A stretch of 64,000 bases of DNA from a virus (taxonomy: Duplodnaviria > Caudoviricetes), in IMG/VR virus record IMGVR_UViG_3300027751_000009, positions 1 through 64,000 of that record, one strand, 5' to 3'. Position 1 is the stretch's first letter, and each line of letters opens with the position of its first letter. Position numbers and translations under genes: made by a program. The notes below the pieces were generated by a model. The model was not told the origin of the DNA and made no database searches. It saw only the letters and a list, made by a program, of their open reading frames with translations. Shown one piece after another: positions 38,368 through 51,600 of this stretch.

Positions 38368-39665
38368 AAAATCAGAAAGTAGAAGTTGAAGGTGGAGAAG
38401 TAGCAATAAAAAACAGTAATGGAGATATTGCTATTATTCCTAAAGAAAAGAAAGAATTGATAGAGCAACTAATAGCACAAGGACTACACGAAGAAGTAGA
38501 TGCATTAGTTTCATTTTTACCTAAGATGAAAGACTATGCAGCTGGTGGTAGTTTATTTGAAGCTGAAACAGGAGAAGACCCAATTAAGCCTGGTGAATCT
38601 AAAGCGGCCTATTGGAAGCGTATGGAGAATACTTATGGCTCTGGTGTTAAACATCGTCAAATCTATATGGACCTTTGGGATAAGCCTATTCCAGCTACTC
38701 AAATAAGAGATAGCTATCATATTGGAAATACTACTTCAAACACTAAAAACAACCCTGAACTTCAATCTTTAAAAAATCAATATGAAAGTACTTTTGCAGA
38801 GCAACAACAAGCAAGGTTAAATGCTGAAAATGCTTTAAACCAACAACCTGATTTTTCGAAACCTTTTGATCCAAAAATTCAAGAGCTCAACAAACTTAGA
38901 GCAATGACACCGAGAGAGCGTGAGGCAAACTGGCAACAATTTGACAAATATTATCAAAATGCAGTAATGCCTTTTTATGATAAAAGACAAACATTAATAG
39001 ACCAATTTAATAATAATCCAGCAAGTAGAATATCTGTTGATAATCCTGAAACATCTTGGAAAGAAATAATAAACAACAATCCTGATATAGAAGATAGAGA
39101 ATTATTATTTGCTTCGTTAATGGATGAAGGTGCTGATTTTTTTACAAATAATAATATAGGCGGAGAAAGGGCATCTTATGATGGCTATCATACATTTGGA
39201 TTAGACTCTTTCGGAGAACGTTTTCATGAATTTGAGAAAAAAGGTTATATCCCTAAAGATATGAGACAAAGAATAAAATTCAAATATGCTATTAATGAAA
39301 AAGGTGAAGAAAGAATTTCCGCAGATTTCACTAATTTAAAAGATATAATTATAGCTAAGAATGCTTTTATGAAACAAGGTAAAAGTACTGTACTTGCAAA
39401 AGCAAAAGAATTAGGTATTACTTTATCGCCACAAGCATTAGACTACTTTACTGTATCTTCGTATAATCTTGGAGAAGGTGGTGCGCGTAAAATGATGGAA
39501 TCTTATCATAAAGCTGGTATATTAGATGAAAATGATACTTTCTTAAATGATGATGCATATCCGGGATATAGAGCAAATGCACAAGGAATATCAGCACACG
39601 CCAATGCAAAAAGAAGAGTACAAGCCACCAATATGTTAAGAGGTGAAAAAACATTAAAAAAATAA
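38364..39665 (+). CDS. Putative cargo protein with a C-terminal SLT-like domain
   Basis: N-terminal EVEGGE motif; ASLMDEG...FGLD...SSYNLGEG pattern. Confidence 0.5.
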   Translation: MKNQKVEVEGGEVAIKNSNGDIAIIPKEKKELIEQLIAQGLHEEVDALVSFLPKMKDYAAGGSLFEAETGEDPIKPGESKAAYWKRMENTYGSGVKHRQIYMDLWDKPIPATQIRDSYHIGNTTSNTKNNPELQSLKNQYESTFAEQQQARLNAENALNQQPDFSKPFDPKIQELNKLRAMTPREREANWQQFDKYYQNAVMPFYDKRQTLIDQFNNNPASRISVDNPETSWKEIINNNPDIEDRELLFASLMDEGADFFTNNNIGGERASYDGYHTFGLDSFGERFHEFEKKGYIPKDMRQRIKFKYAINEKGEERISADFTNLKDIIIAKNAFMKQGKSTVLAKAKELGITLSPQALDYFTVSSYNLGEGGARKMMESYHKAGILDENDTFLNDDAYPGYRANAQGISAHANAKRRVQATNMLRGEKTLKK

Positions 39666-39683
39666 GTCTAAAAAGTTAGTATT

Positions 39684-42600
39684 ATGACCGATTTCCTAAA
39701 AGTATTACAGCAAGCACAAGTCGATAAAAATGTTTCTCAAAGAAACCCTGTAGGTTCTCCAACAGATGGTGAGAATGAAATCACTTTAACAGAACAAGAT
39801 ATAGATAACGCTAATAAGCCACAAGGTAGATTAGTAAAAGACCCTACGAATGTTAATGTGCAAGATGGTCCTAACTATCCTGGCAATGGTATTTCGCCTG
39901 AAGAAGATCCGACAGCTGGTATGACTCCTGAACAAATTGCTTTAGAGCAAACACGTATGGATAGAACACCTGTTCAGGGAGAGATATCAGAGCCTCTTCC
40001 TGAAAACCCTTATACGTGGACACCTGAATACACTCAAAGAGGTTTCGTAGAAGAAATAGGAACAAGTTTAATGCGTGGTTTTGGGAAACACGTTGTTGGT
40101 GGTACTGGAGATATTTTAGCTTTAGTAAATGGTCTTATTCCTGGTTGGGAAATCAGAGAGGGAAATGCACTTTCAAGAGGACTTCAAGAAGTAGGTAAAG
40201 AGTTTGAAGAAAACTACAAAGTCTTTATGCCTGATGAATTAAAAGACAATGAGTTTACATTAGCCACTTTTACCAATCCTAATTTCTGGACTAAAACTGC
40301 AGCTGAATACATACCTCAATTAGTAGAAATGATTATCCTTTCCAAAGGTGCTGGTGGTGTTGCTAAAAGAACAGCCCAAAGTGGTGTTAAAGGATTGTCT
40401 AAAGGAATGACAAGAGAGAGCTTAGAACGAATAGGTTCTAAAGTTGTTGCTAATTCAGAAGCACAAGTTATGAAAGGTGTTGCTGCTCAATCAAACAAAA
40501 TATTAGGTCAAGGTCCTAAAGGTTGGAGAGCACTCTTTATGGATACAACAGGAGAAGCTACTGCTGGGTTTGCTACAGGTGCTGAAATGTTTGGTGGTGG
40601 TTTAGGTATGAACTTACTTGCAGGATTGCAAAATGCTGGTGGATTAATGAATGAAATGAAAGATTTAAGAGACTCTGATGGTAATCTTTTATATACAGAA
40701 GAGCAATTAGCTGATATGGCATCAAGTACTATGATAGAGAATCTGAAGTACTTACCAGTTGATATGTTATCCTATGGTATGGTATATGCTAAATCTACAG
40801 GTCAATTCAATAAACTTTTAAATCCTTTCAATAAAACACAAGGAAAGAAATTCTTTAATTCAGCAGAGCAATTAACAGCATCAAGTAAATCTTTTACAAG
40901 AAGTATTACTCCTATTATGCAAGCTGTAAATGCAACAGAAAGCAAACTTCTTAAATATGGTAAGAAACTTAAAAATACTGCAAGTGCTGTATCTAAACCA
41001 TTGTTTGAGGGATATGAAGAAACCTTTCAAGAAACATTCGAAGATTGGGCTAAAAAGAAAGCTGTAGCGAAAGTTACAGGACAACCTATAACCATTGATG
41101 GAAAGAAAAGTGATGGCTCTATGCCTTCTTATTTTGAGTTCTATTTATCTAAAGAAAATGAAGCTACACGTACCATTGCATTTGCATTAGGTATGTTAGG
41201 TGGTGCTGGTTCCAATATTGTAGAAGCTGTAAATAAGAAAGCTGAAATAGCAGCTAAAAATTATAGCAGAGCAGAACTTATGAAACGTGCTGCAAAGAAC
41301 GAACTTGAATATGACTATCAAGCTATATTTCTTAAAGAGCAATTAGTAGATAATGCTATGGATGGTAATGTCGATAGTGTAGCAATGCTTGAAGCTATGG
41401 CAGAAGAAGGTATTATCAGTGAGGATATGAAATCTGATTACATAACATTTGCTAAAAATATGACTTTAGAAGCTGTTAAAGCAAAGTCACTTGGTCTTAA
41501 TGATTTAGGAAAGGTAGCTTACTTAAACCATAAGTTCAATGAACAAGCGAATAAGAACGGTTACAAATTTGAAAAAGCTAAAGTAGATGAGAAGATAAAA
41601 AATCTTAATGAAGAGTATCAAGGAAAAGAAGATACCAAAGAGTATAAAGCTAAAATGAAAGATGTAGAAGACTCTTGGGAAACTATGGAGAATATGTTTG
41701 CTAGAGATATTCATGAAGCTCAACAAGGTATTTTAGGAATTTTATCAGGTAAGAAAGGTGACGTTTCTAATATTACACATGAAAAACTTAAAGCTGTACA
41801 AAATCAAGAAGGAAATACTGTAGCGATAGCTTTAAGTGAGCAAGATTATAATGACTACTATAACAAAACCAATGATGAAATCTATAAAGATGCAAGGAAC
41901 AAGAAATACGACCCGAGAGGTATGTTTTCTAAATTAGGTTCCGGCGTTAAAAATGCTTTCAAAACAGTTAAAGAAGGTCTTATAGGTTTTAAAGAAAAAA
42001 CAGAAGAGAAGATCGCTGAAATCAAGAATAAAGGTCTTGATGGTTTGACACCAGAACAACGAACTCAATACGACAAAGCTAAGGCATCAAAAGAAGCTAT
42101 TGATACAGAATTAGCGTCTATGAAAATAGGTGAAGATGGAGTCACTAAAGATAGCTACAATGCGAAGAAAGCAGAAGCTACAGCTCTTGAAGTTGAGATG
42201 GCTGACTTATTAGCTAAATCTAAAGCGAATATTCAGTCTACTATTAAAAATGCAAAAGGTGGTAGAGCTTATATGGACCCTCTACTTGAACCTGAAGAAG
42301 AAGCAGATGAAGAAGCTCCTGTTCGTAAGCCTGGTATGATGGATAAGTTAATCAAATCGTTATTTACCAAGAAAAATCAAACAGAAGAAAATATCATAGC
42401 TACTGAAGAAGAGATAGCTAAGAAATTAGAAGATGCAAAGATTGACTTTACAGATGAAGTAAAAGCTAAAAAAGCTTTAGAGAGATTGATAAGTACAGAA
42501 GATGGTGTTATTCAATCACTTCAAACAAAAGATGATTTCAATAAGGAAGAGTTCATAGCTTACCTTATGAAGATGGGTAAAGAAGGAAATTTCAAATCAG

Positions 42601-45600
42601 AAACTAAAATTGAGAAAGAAGCTCGTATAGACCGTAATGCTAAAAAGAAGAAGAAAACAGAAGAAATTAAAAAAGCACAACGTGAAACGCCTACAGGTAA
42701 GAATGTAAGACAACACGATTTAGGGAAGAAATTTAACGACCCTAACTGGAATAAAGAATACAAGAAGATAGTTAAGCAAGACCCTACACAAGCTACGCTA
42801 TTGCAAGAAGAATATGATGAATATTTGTCAAGCATACAAGCTGGACTAAAATATGGGCCAACAGCTATCATTCAACAAGTAGCTGTAAACCAACATTTAC
42901 GACAATTATATCCTGATAGTAAAATTCAAGCATATGCTATGAACAATATGGTAGATGCTTTAGGTGGAACAAAAGCATTAGGTTACGCTGCTTTAGCTGG
43001 TATTTTTATTGATGAGAAAGTTTGGTTTCAAAGTGAAATCTTTATGCACGAATTTGCACATATCCATTATTCACTTTCTAAAAATGACCCTGCAACAGTA
43101 GAGCTTATGAAACAAGCGTTGAATGATAAGCAATTGGTAAGTAGAATAGAAGATGAATATGCTGATGATGTCGTTTACTATTATGCACAACCGGGTTGGA
43201 AATCTGGTATGAAAAAGGATAAAATCTTTTTTGGAGATATGACTGCTGAACAGAAAGATCAATTAGGGAAACCCCATAGGAACGGTGTTCTTATGGCTCG
43301 TAAAGCTCCTATGCACGAACAACCTGTTATTATGGATGAATTGTTTGCTAATTACTTACAAGGACCTATGTCTAAAAAGTTCTCTAAATATTTCAATCCA
43401 AGAACAGATTTACCAAGACAAGCACAAGTTAAAAATTGGTGGAGACGTATTAAAGATAAAGCTAAAAAGCAAGAAGATAACAACTTCAATTTAGCTCAAA
43501 AATTATCTGAAGAAAAATTAGATGGTACTAATATCAACGACCATATCATGAATAACTTTGTATCTATGATACAAGGAAAGCCTGTTACTGTAGGTGGTAG
43601 ATTTGCTCTTGACAATGAAAAGAGTACAATTACCAAAGAGGATAATTTAGATATTATGAAAAGGCTACGTGAAGAGCAAGCTAAATCAAGAAATAAGCAA
43701 AACAAAGCAGATATAAAAATGGTAGAGGCTTTTTATGCTCCTATCAAAATAGATGAGGATAAAAAGGGTACTCTTGTAGATGATTGGGATTTATGGGATA
43801 GACCTTTACCAGAAGCGAATGAAGAGTTTTCACAAGTTGATGCGTTAGAGAAATTAAATCAAGACATAGAAACTAACATAGGAACAATGTGGGATGATAA
43901 TTACAATGCCACAATGATGAAAACTACAGAAGTTATAAAACACTTTGTAGAGCAATTTAATAAAGTATCTAACGAAAGAAAATCAGCTGAAATAGAAGCT
44001 GTTAAAAATGATCCTAAAGCTAAAAAAGTTGATGCTATGTACACTGAAGGTATTAACCTTAATAAGTTTACAGAGGGATTAATGGATTTAGCTTATATGT
44101 ATGATTCACCTATTGATTTTATCAGAGTTTTAGAACAAACAAATGATATTCATCAAAAAGAATTTATGAAACATCTTAATGCTGAATTTAAACAAGATGC
44201 ATTACAGAGGTTAGTAACTATGCATTTGCTATATGGAAATACAGCAATAATACCCGGTATCATTCATACTGTTGATAAGAATGGAGAATACACTTCTGTA
44301 ACAGCTCAATCAGCTAATGACCCTATTATCATTAAAAGAACATTAAAACAATTATCTCGTAAAACTATAGAACAGAAAAATCTATTAGAAGATGCTATTG
44401 ATATTTTAGAGAGAGGTGATATTGAAACTAGAGAAGTTCAAGAAGCTGCTGCTGAAATAATCAAGTTCTATGGTCATGATTTAAACATTGCTAAAAAGAT
44501 AATTGGAAATGGATATCTTATTATAAATAAGAAAAACGTTCCTATTGTATCAGCTTTAAAGCAATTATTAAATGCTACTGAACAGGAGATTATTCCTTTT
44601 ACTGGAAACAAGTCTAATGATGAATTTATGATGGCTGGTACTGTGAGAACTAAGTTAAAGCCTATAAAAGATAGAAATGAGAGAATTATATCATCTATTC
44701 TATTAACAGGAAAACGTTTTGGTTCTACAAGTGTTGTTAAGGGGCCTACTGGGAACAATGTTACCACAAGAATGTTTAGCAATCACGCTATTAAATTATT
44801 CAATAAGATTGTTGTTGATTTAAAAAACTCTGAATATACTGGTAAAGCTAAGAAAGAATTTATCACGAAATATTCTAATAGTGATAAATCTGTAACAGTA
44901 TCTTCTTTTAACCCTCTTTTAGAGTCGTTTTATGACAACTTCCATTTGAAAGGAGAGTTGCCTTTAATGGTTCTTGACTTTGGTAGTAAGAATGAAATGT
45001 TCAATAAAGCTAAAAATTATAAAGATATGTCTGCTGAACAGCAACTTATCAATGAGTTGTTACAATTTACAGAGAGTATCAAGAATGAAGATTCTAATTA
45101 TTTAGGCTCTATGGATATTTTAGGGAACTCATCAAGACGTTTATTAGTAGGATTGCCACGTATTGAAAATATACTTACTGCTGATGGCAATTTCAATGCT
45201 AAAGGAGCCTCCCATCTTAATAAGATTTTTAGTATTTATGAGTCTTTAAACAAGGATAAGAAAAAAGCAATGGAAGGCATACCTAATAAAATAGGTGCTA
45301 ACTTTCCTCAATTTGAAAAAGCCATTAAAAAGGATGCTGACAAATGGATAAAATATCTTGCTGAACATTCTGAAAGCTTATCTAAAGTAAAAAGTTTACA
45401 GCCATTCTATCAAACTAAAGATGGAACAGTCCTTAATAAACTAACTAAAGAAGGAGAAACTTTAATAAAGAACTTTATCTTTAATAGAGTAGCCAATACA
45501 TTCTATGTTCACGAAATGATGAGTCCAGGTTTATTTTTAGATGGACTTACCAAAAATAACAAAGGACATGTAGCGCCTGTAATAGCATTAGACCCTCGAT

Positions 45601-48600
45601 TAAGAGTTGAAATGCTACCTATGGATGATGAGTTTAAATTAACCAGACCATTAAAAGATGAAAATGGTAAGGAAACAGAAGCTGCTTTTAGAAAGCGTTT
45701 TAAGCAATGGGAGAAAAATGTTATCGTTAGTAATGATGGTATTCAATATATCTTACCAGAACACGCTGATGCTATACAAGCTTTAAATAAAGATTTCAAT
45801 AAAGGTTATAAGCTATACTCACATACTATAGAGAAAGAGAATGCTTGGTTTGCAAATCAGACTTCTCAAATGAAAGGTTATACCACTGTACTTACAGAAG
45901 AAGCTGTGACTAATGGTAATCAACAGCATCTGTACCCTATATGGAAAATTCTTACCAATAGAAATGAGAAGTTTAAAGCCGACTATCTAAAGAAATATGG
46001 AGAAGAATATGATCCTAATTTCAGAACTCAAACAAGTGTTGATAGTGATAGACCTAAATACATTCCAATAGTAACACCTGTAAGTGCTGAAAAAGCTGGG
46101 TTATTTCATACAAAAGAACTATTAGGTTTAAAGACTAAATTCAGTTTAGAGCAACTTAAAAACCCTGAAGTACAAAAAGAATATGAAGCTTTATTAGATA
46201 AACTATACTATACTGAAAGTGGTTTTGTAGGATTAGATGGTTCTAATTTTGGACCTCAACAGATAATGGATAAGCGTTATACACAAGCGACATTCGGAAC
46301 GCAAGTATTAACGTCTATACCACACGCTAAGAAAGGAGCGCCACTGAATAATGCATTGCGTATACAAGAGCTTATCAATCAACAGAAATGGGTAAACTTT
46401 AAAAAGGCTGTTCTTGATGAAATGGCGAGTTATGAAATTGATGATGATTTTAAATACAGTAGATTTATAAGAGAAGCTGCTAATAAATTAAATTCAGACC
46501 CTTATACTATTGCGGCTTTAACTTATGGAGAGTTACCTTATTCACCTCACGTTGCTGATTTCGCAGGAAACCAATTTAGAGCTCAAATTATCAGACATGG
46601 TAACAATCTAAAAGTAACAGGTACTTATGGACAGACCATTTCAGATATGGGATATAAATTTGTAACTGATAAAAATGTAGAAGGTTTTATAAATAGACCG
46701 AATAGAGATAAAACTTATCCAGCTGTAGAACAGTTTATAGATGAGCAAGGGAATGTAAGAAGAAAAAACAATCCTAAAGTATCTAAAGAATATATAAATG
46801 GTACTTCAAAGCTAAACTCTTATGGTTGGAAAATTGTCGATGGGAAACAAGTTACTGTTCCATTTGAAATTGTACTTCCTGAACCATTACCTGGAGATCA
46901 GACTGTAGCAAGAGAGTCTATATATGATGAGTTTGGCGGTGTTGATAATGCAAGAGGAAAGTTATTACATAGAAATAAAAAAGGTTTTTTAACGAATTTC
47001 AATACCTTAAAAAGATTAAAGTTATTACATCCTAATGGTACTGTAAATACAGAAGCTATGGATTTAATGCTTGAAGAAAATGGTATCTACTCATCTCCTG
47101 TAAAAAACGAAAGAAATCGTATTGGTACTTATATACCTGGAGAAACAGTAATGCTTACAAGAATACCACATAACGGACCAGCTTTCGTAGGTGTTGCAGA
47201 AGTGGTAGGTTTTCACGATACCGGAGCTTCAAATATTATTGTTCCTGCTGAATATAGTTGGTTAGTCGGAGCTGACCACGATGGAGATGCTTTATTTATT
47301 TATCAAGCCTCTAAAAGAAAAGATGGTTCTATAGATGAGAGAATGGGAGACTCTTCGGCTGCTAAGGATAAAGGTACTATTAGAGAAGCTGGATATGGAA
47401 ATTGGAATAAAGCATTTGATATGTTAATAGAACAATGGACAGCTGAAGATATGCGTATAACTTTAGAAACACCATTGCGTTTTGAGAGTAATATGGATGC
47501 TATCATAGAAGAAAATAATGAAGCTTTAAATCCAGAGCAATATAAACAACAAAGAGCATTAGAAGAAAAACTAAATAGAGGTCTTATAGACCAAAAAGCT
47601 TTTGAAAAAAAGTTAGCTGTTATAAAAGCGGAGGCAGACTTTGTTATTCCTTTTGGTACTGAACATTACACAAAGCAATATAACAACTCTGTAGTTGCTC
47701 AACAGACTATTGGTATCGCTTTTAATACGCATAGAGCCTTGAACTTATTAGCTACCTATGAAACAATGTTATCTAATGGTACTGTTAAAGGTAAAAATTC
47801 AAAAGGTGAAATAACTGAAAAACCAAAATTAGTAAACATCAATATAGATGGACAAGTAGAGAGAGGTTTTACAGATAGGAATGCAGACAAACCAATAAAT
47901 AAGAATAAAGGTATTAATTCACGTATTCACTTATCTACTATTCTTGCCAATATCGTATTGGATAGTACTAAGAATGGACACGCTGATGCTTTAAACTTAA
48001 ACATTAATAGTATTTCTTCAGCAATGATATTAGTGAACTTAGGGTTTGATATTCAGAAAATAGGGTTACTATTTAATCACCCTATGGCAAAAGAATACAT
48101 AGAGAAACGTAATGAAATGGGGAATGACTATTTGGAAACTGGTAGTTATAAGTCTATAATTTATAAATATAAAGAGAAGTATGAAAATACCTCTTTAGAG
48201 ATCTATAGCAATCCAAGTGAATTTAGTGTTACTGTAGACCCAAAGTCAAATCGTTATAATAGTGATGAAAATGGATTTGCTATTCTAAGACTGATGCATT
48301 ATTTATCCAAAATAAGTGATGATATTTCAATCATAACTGATATTACTTCAGGTCATAACAAGATGGAATTAAATGTATTTGCTTTAGAGAAGCAAGTAAC
48401 GGATCTAAATGCTTTAATAACTAACAAGAAGCGTGAAGCTGAAATGGTTGGTAAAAAAGAAGGAAAGAAAAATTCTACTCTTTATTTTAGAGAGAAATCT
48501 GATTTAGCTGAAAATTCAATAGAACCATTAATTATAGATAGTCCTGAATTAAAGCATTATAAGAGAATGGCTTTAGAATTTATCAAGCATCAAAGACGTT

Positions 48601-51600
48601 TGAGTATTATTGAAAACCCTTCTATTAGAGATATTATTACACTTGTAAAAGATAAAGTGACAGCTTCTGCTTTAAGTGGTAGAGAGTTAAAGCATTTTTC
48701 TGAATATCTTGTTCCTTTTATCTATGGTAGATTGTTAGGTGTTAATAATATTGACGTATCAGAGATAAATGATATTTTCCAATATGAAGATGAAATTGCA
48801 GTTGGAGAAGATGCGCTATTGCCATTAGCTACAGAGTTGAAGAATTATGCAGAAATGTTAGATGATGAGCTACATACTTATTGGGAAGACCCAAACAATG
48901 TTGGAAATAAAGATACTGATTATACACGTTCTCGTTTATTCAAGCAAGGTATCATTATAGAAGCTGGAAAAATAAAACTAAATCCACAAGTATTACAACA
49001 ACATTATACGCACCCTGATAGAATAATGCTACAGAATGAATTTTCTGAATTGCCATTAGCCTTACAACGTAAATTAGTATTGTATGATTTAGTGAAAAAT
49101 GGTTGGAATGGAGAAGAGTCTTTATATCCTATTTTCCCTTATGATATTACATCTTATATAACTTCAAGAGCTAAAATGTTTAAAGAAAATGAAGAAGAAT
49201 TTGCTGATAATATCATTAAAAAAGCGTACAAAAGAATACGTGATTTAGAATCATTAGCGGCAGAAGAAAATGATATGAACTATTTGCCAAGTGTCTTTTT
49301 AAATAAAGAGCTTCCAAATTTAACAGACGATCCAAGCTCTAAATCTTTTGAAGAGTTGTATAAAAAATTAGGGCACAATAAAGCTGTTACCAATAGGATA
49401 AATGGTAGAGAAAACTTTAGAGTAAATGTATCTTATATCAGTGGTGGTAAGAGAATAAATAAGGTTATCGAAATTAATGCTATTGGCCCTTATGTTACTA
49501 AAGATGATGGTATAACCGAGTATAGTGAGTCTAAAGCTAAAGATAATGACGAATGGTCAGCTATAGCAAGAGATTTAATAACAAGTAAAACAAGTAGAGG
49601 TTTTAAACTTGTTGGAGAACCTAAATTAGAATTATTAGAAACAAGTAATAATGTGCCTAAGAGAGCTCATATGATATTGATTAATGATAATTCAACTGAT
49701 GATAATGGTGGTTTTATAAAAGATGATGGTGTAGTTCCTAACATATTGAGTAAAGAGGCTATTGATGAAGATGCTATTTTGCAAGAAGAAAAGAACTCTA
49801 AAAAAAAAAGTAGTGTCGTAGGTAGATTTTTTAAAGATGATTACTATAATTATACAAGAGAGGACTCACTAGACCAATCAGAACTAATGAACGCTTATGA
49901 ATATAAGCAATCTTTAACATACATTCAGGAGGCTCGTATTTGGCTTAATTATCTAAGAGATAAGAAAAAGACAAACAGCTTCCTGGAAAAGTATAAAGAA
50001 GGAGAATTTAAAAAGCATCTACAAGATATAGATACTGAAGAAGTTTTAAAACTTTATAACACTTGGGGTAGATATGATGCTTATGCAGCGGCTAACATTA
50101 TGGTTCCTGTTATGCTTGAACTTACCCAACGTGCTTCCAATGAACAATCAGCACTTACTAAAGTACAAGAAGGTCAAAATGATATTGGTGTAATCAAAGC
50201 TTGGTTTCAAACTAATAACATAGACTCTACACATCCAGCAACACAAGCTGTACAACGTGAATTAGAGACAGAGTTTAAAGGCTTTATGAATGAACGTAAG
50301 AAATATCTTACGCGTATCAATGATGCTACAGAAAACTTATATGCTGAAAAATTCAATTACAATCCAGCTAAAAATAGTTTCATAAAGAAAATACAGAGAG
50401 CTGCAGTATTACTATTTAAAAATCGTGATGATATTTACCGTATTCTTTATGGCAATATTATTACTACAGAATATCGTACAGAACGTGGTAAAGACCAAAA
50501 ACGATATGCATTATTATCTGATAATATCTTACGACAAAAATTAGCTAATAATGAAATCACACAAGTTGAATACAACTTTGCTAAAACATTTCGTGAGATC
50601 ACTAATGAGTTAGACCCAAAGATAAATGACGATAAATATATTGGTGGAGGAATACCAGCGATTGGTATGGGAAGATTAGAGTCTTTTGGTAGGAAAGGAC
50701 TATTAGGTGTCTTAATTAACTCTCGACCAATAGATGAGGCTATAGGTGATGTAGAGTTAGAGTTTGAAGGTCAATTAATGAGATTTAAACATATAGAAGA
50801 TATCTTTAGACAAGATAAAAAGAGCAGTTGGAAAACTAATAAAGAGTATATACAACTTCGCAATAAAGCAAAGAAACTCTTTAAAGTTAAAAAGAATGAA
50901 GATGGCTCTATGTTTAAGCATGAAGATGTGTTCAACCATACTATCTTAGGTGATGGAATGGTAAACAACTTTGCGAATGGTGGTTGGATAAATGCAGACC
51001 ATATGGCTTCATTAGATTTAAACAAAGCACTCTCTGATTTTACACATACTCAACTATTCATTACAGGTAATAAGAACTTTAAAGGTTTTAAAGCACTACA
51101 AGCTACTGTAGATGGACTTTTATTACATAACAAGATGAAAGGCTTTGTAAACCAAAACAAGTTCGTTAGAAAGGTTTATAAGGAGTATTTCTTAAAAGCT
51201 AAGAAATTACAAAAAGACAGTTCTGGAGATAGAGTGATAGATGCTATTGTTAGAGGAAACCTATTATACATAATGGGTTGGAAACTATTAGCAGTAGGTA
51301 AAGGAATGTACACTATTGGAAATGTTGTAGTAGGAAAGTATAACAACATTAAAAATCAAGGTGGTAAAGCCTGGTTAATGGGAGAGAGTAGATTTTGGGG
51401 TAAACATAAAAAAGCTATGGGTATCTTAAAAACTATAAACTTTACAGATGCTAATTTCTATGACGATGTGAACTTACAATCCTCATCAGGATTAGATTCT
51501 ATATTTACTGATATTGCTCTTTGGCCTATGATGGCTTCAGAGAAATGGATTCAAGGTGTACACTTTTTAGGAATGTTATCAAAAGAGCAATATGATAAAT

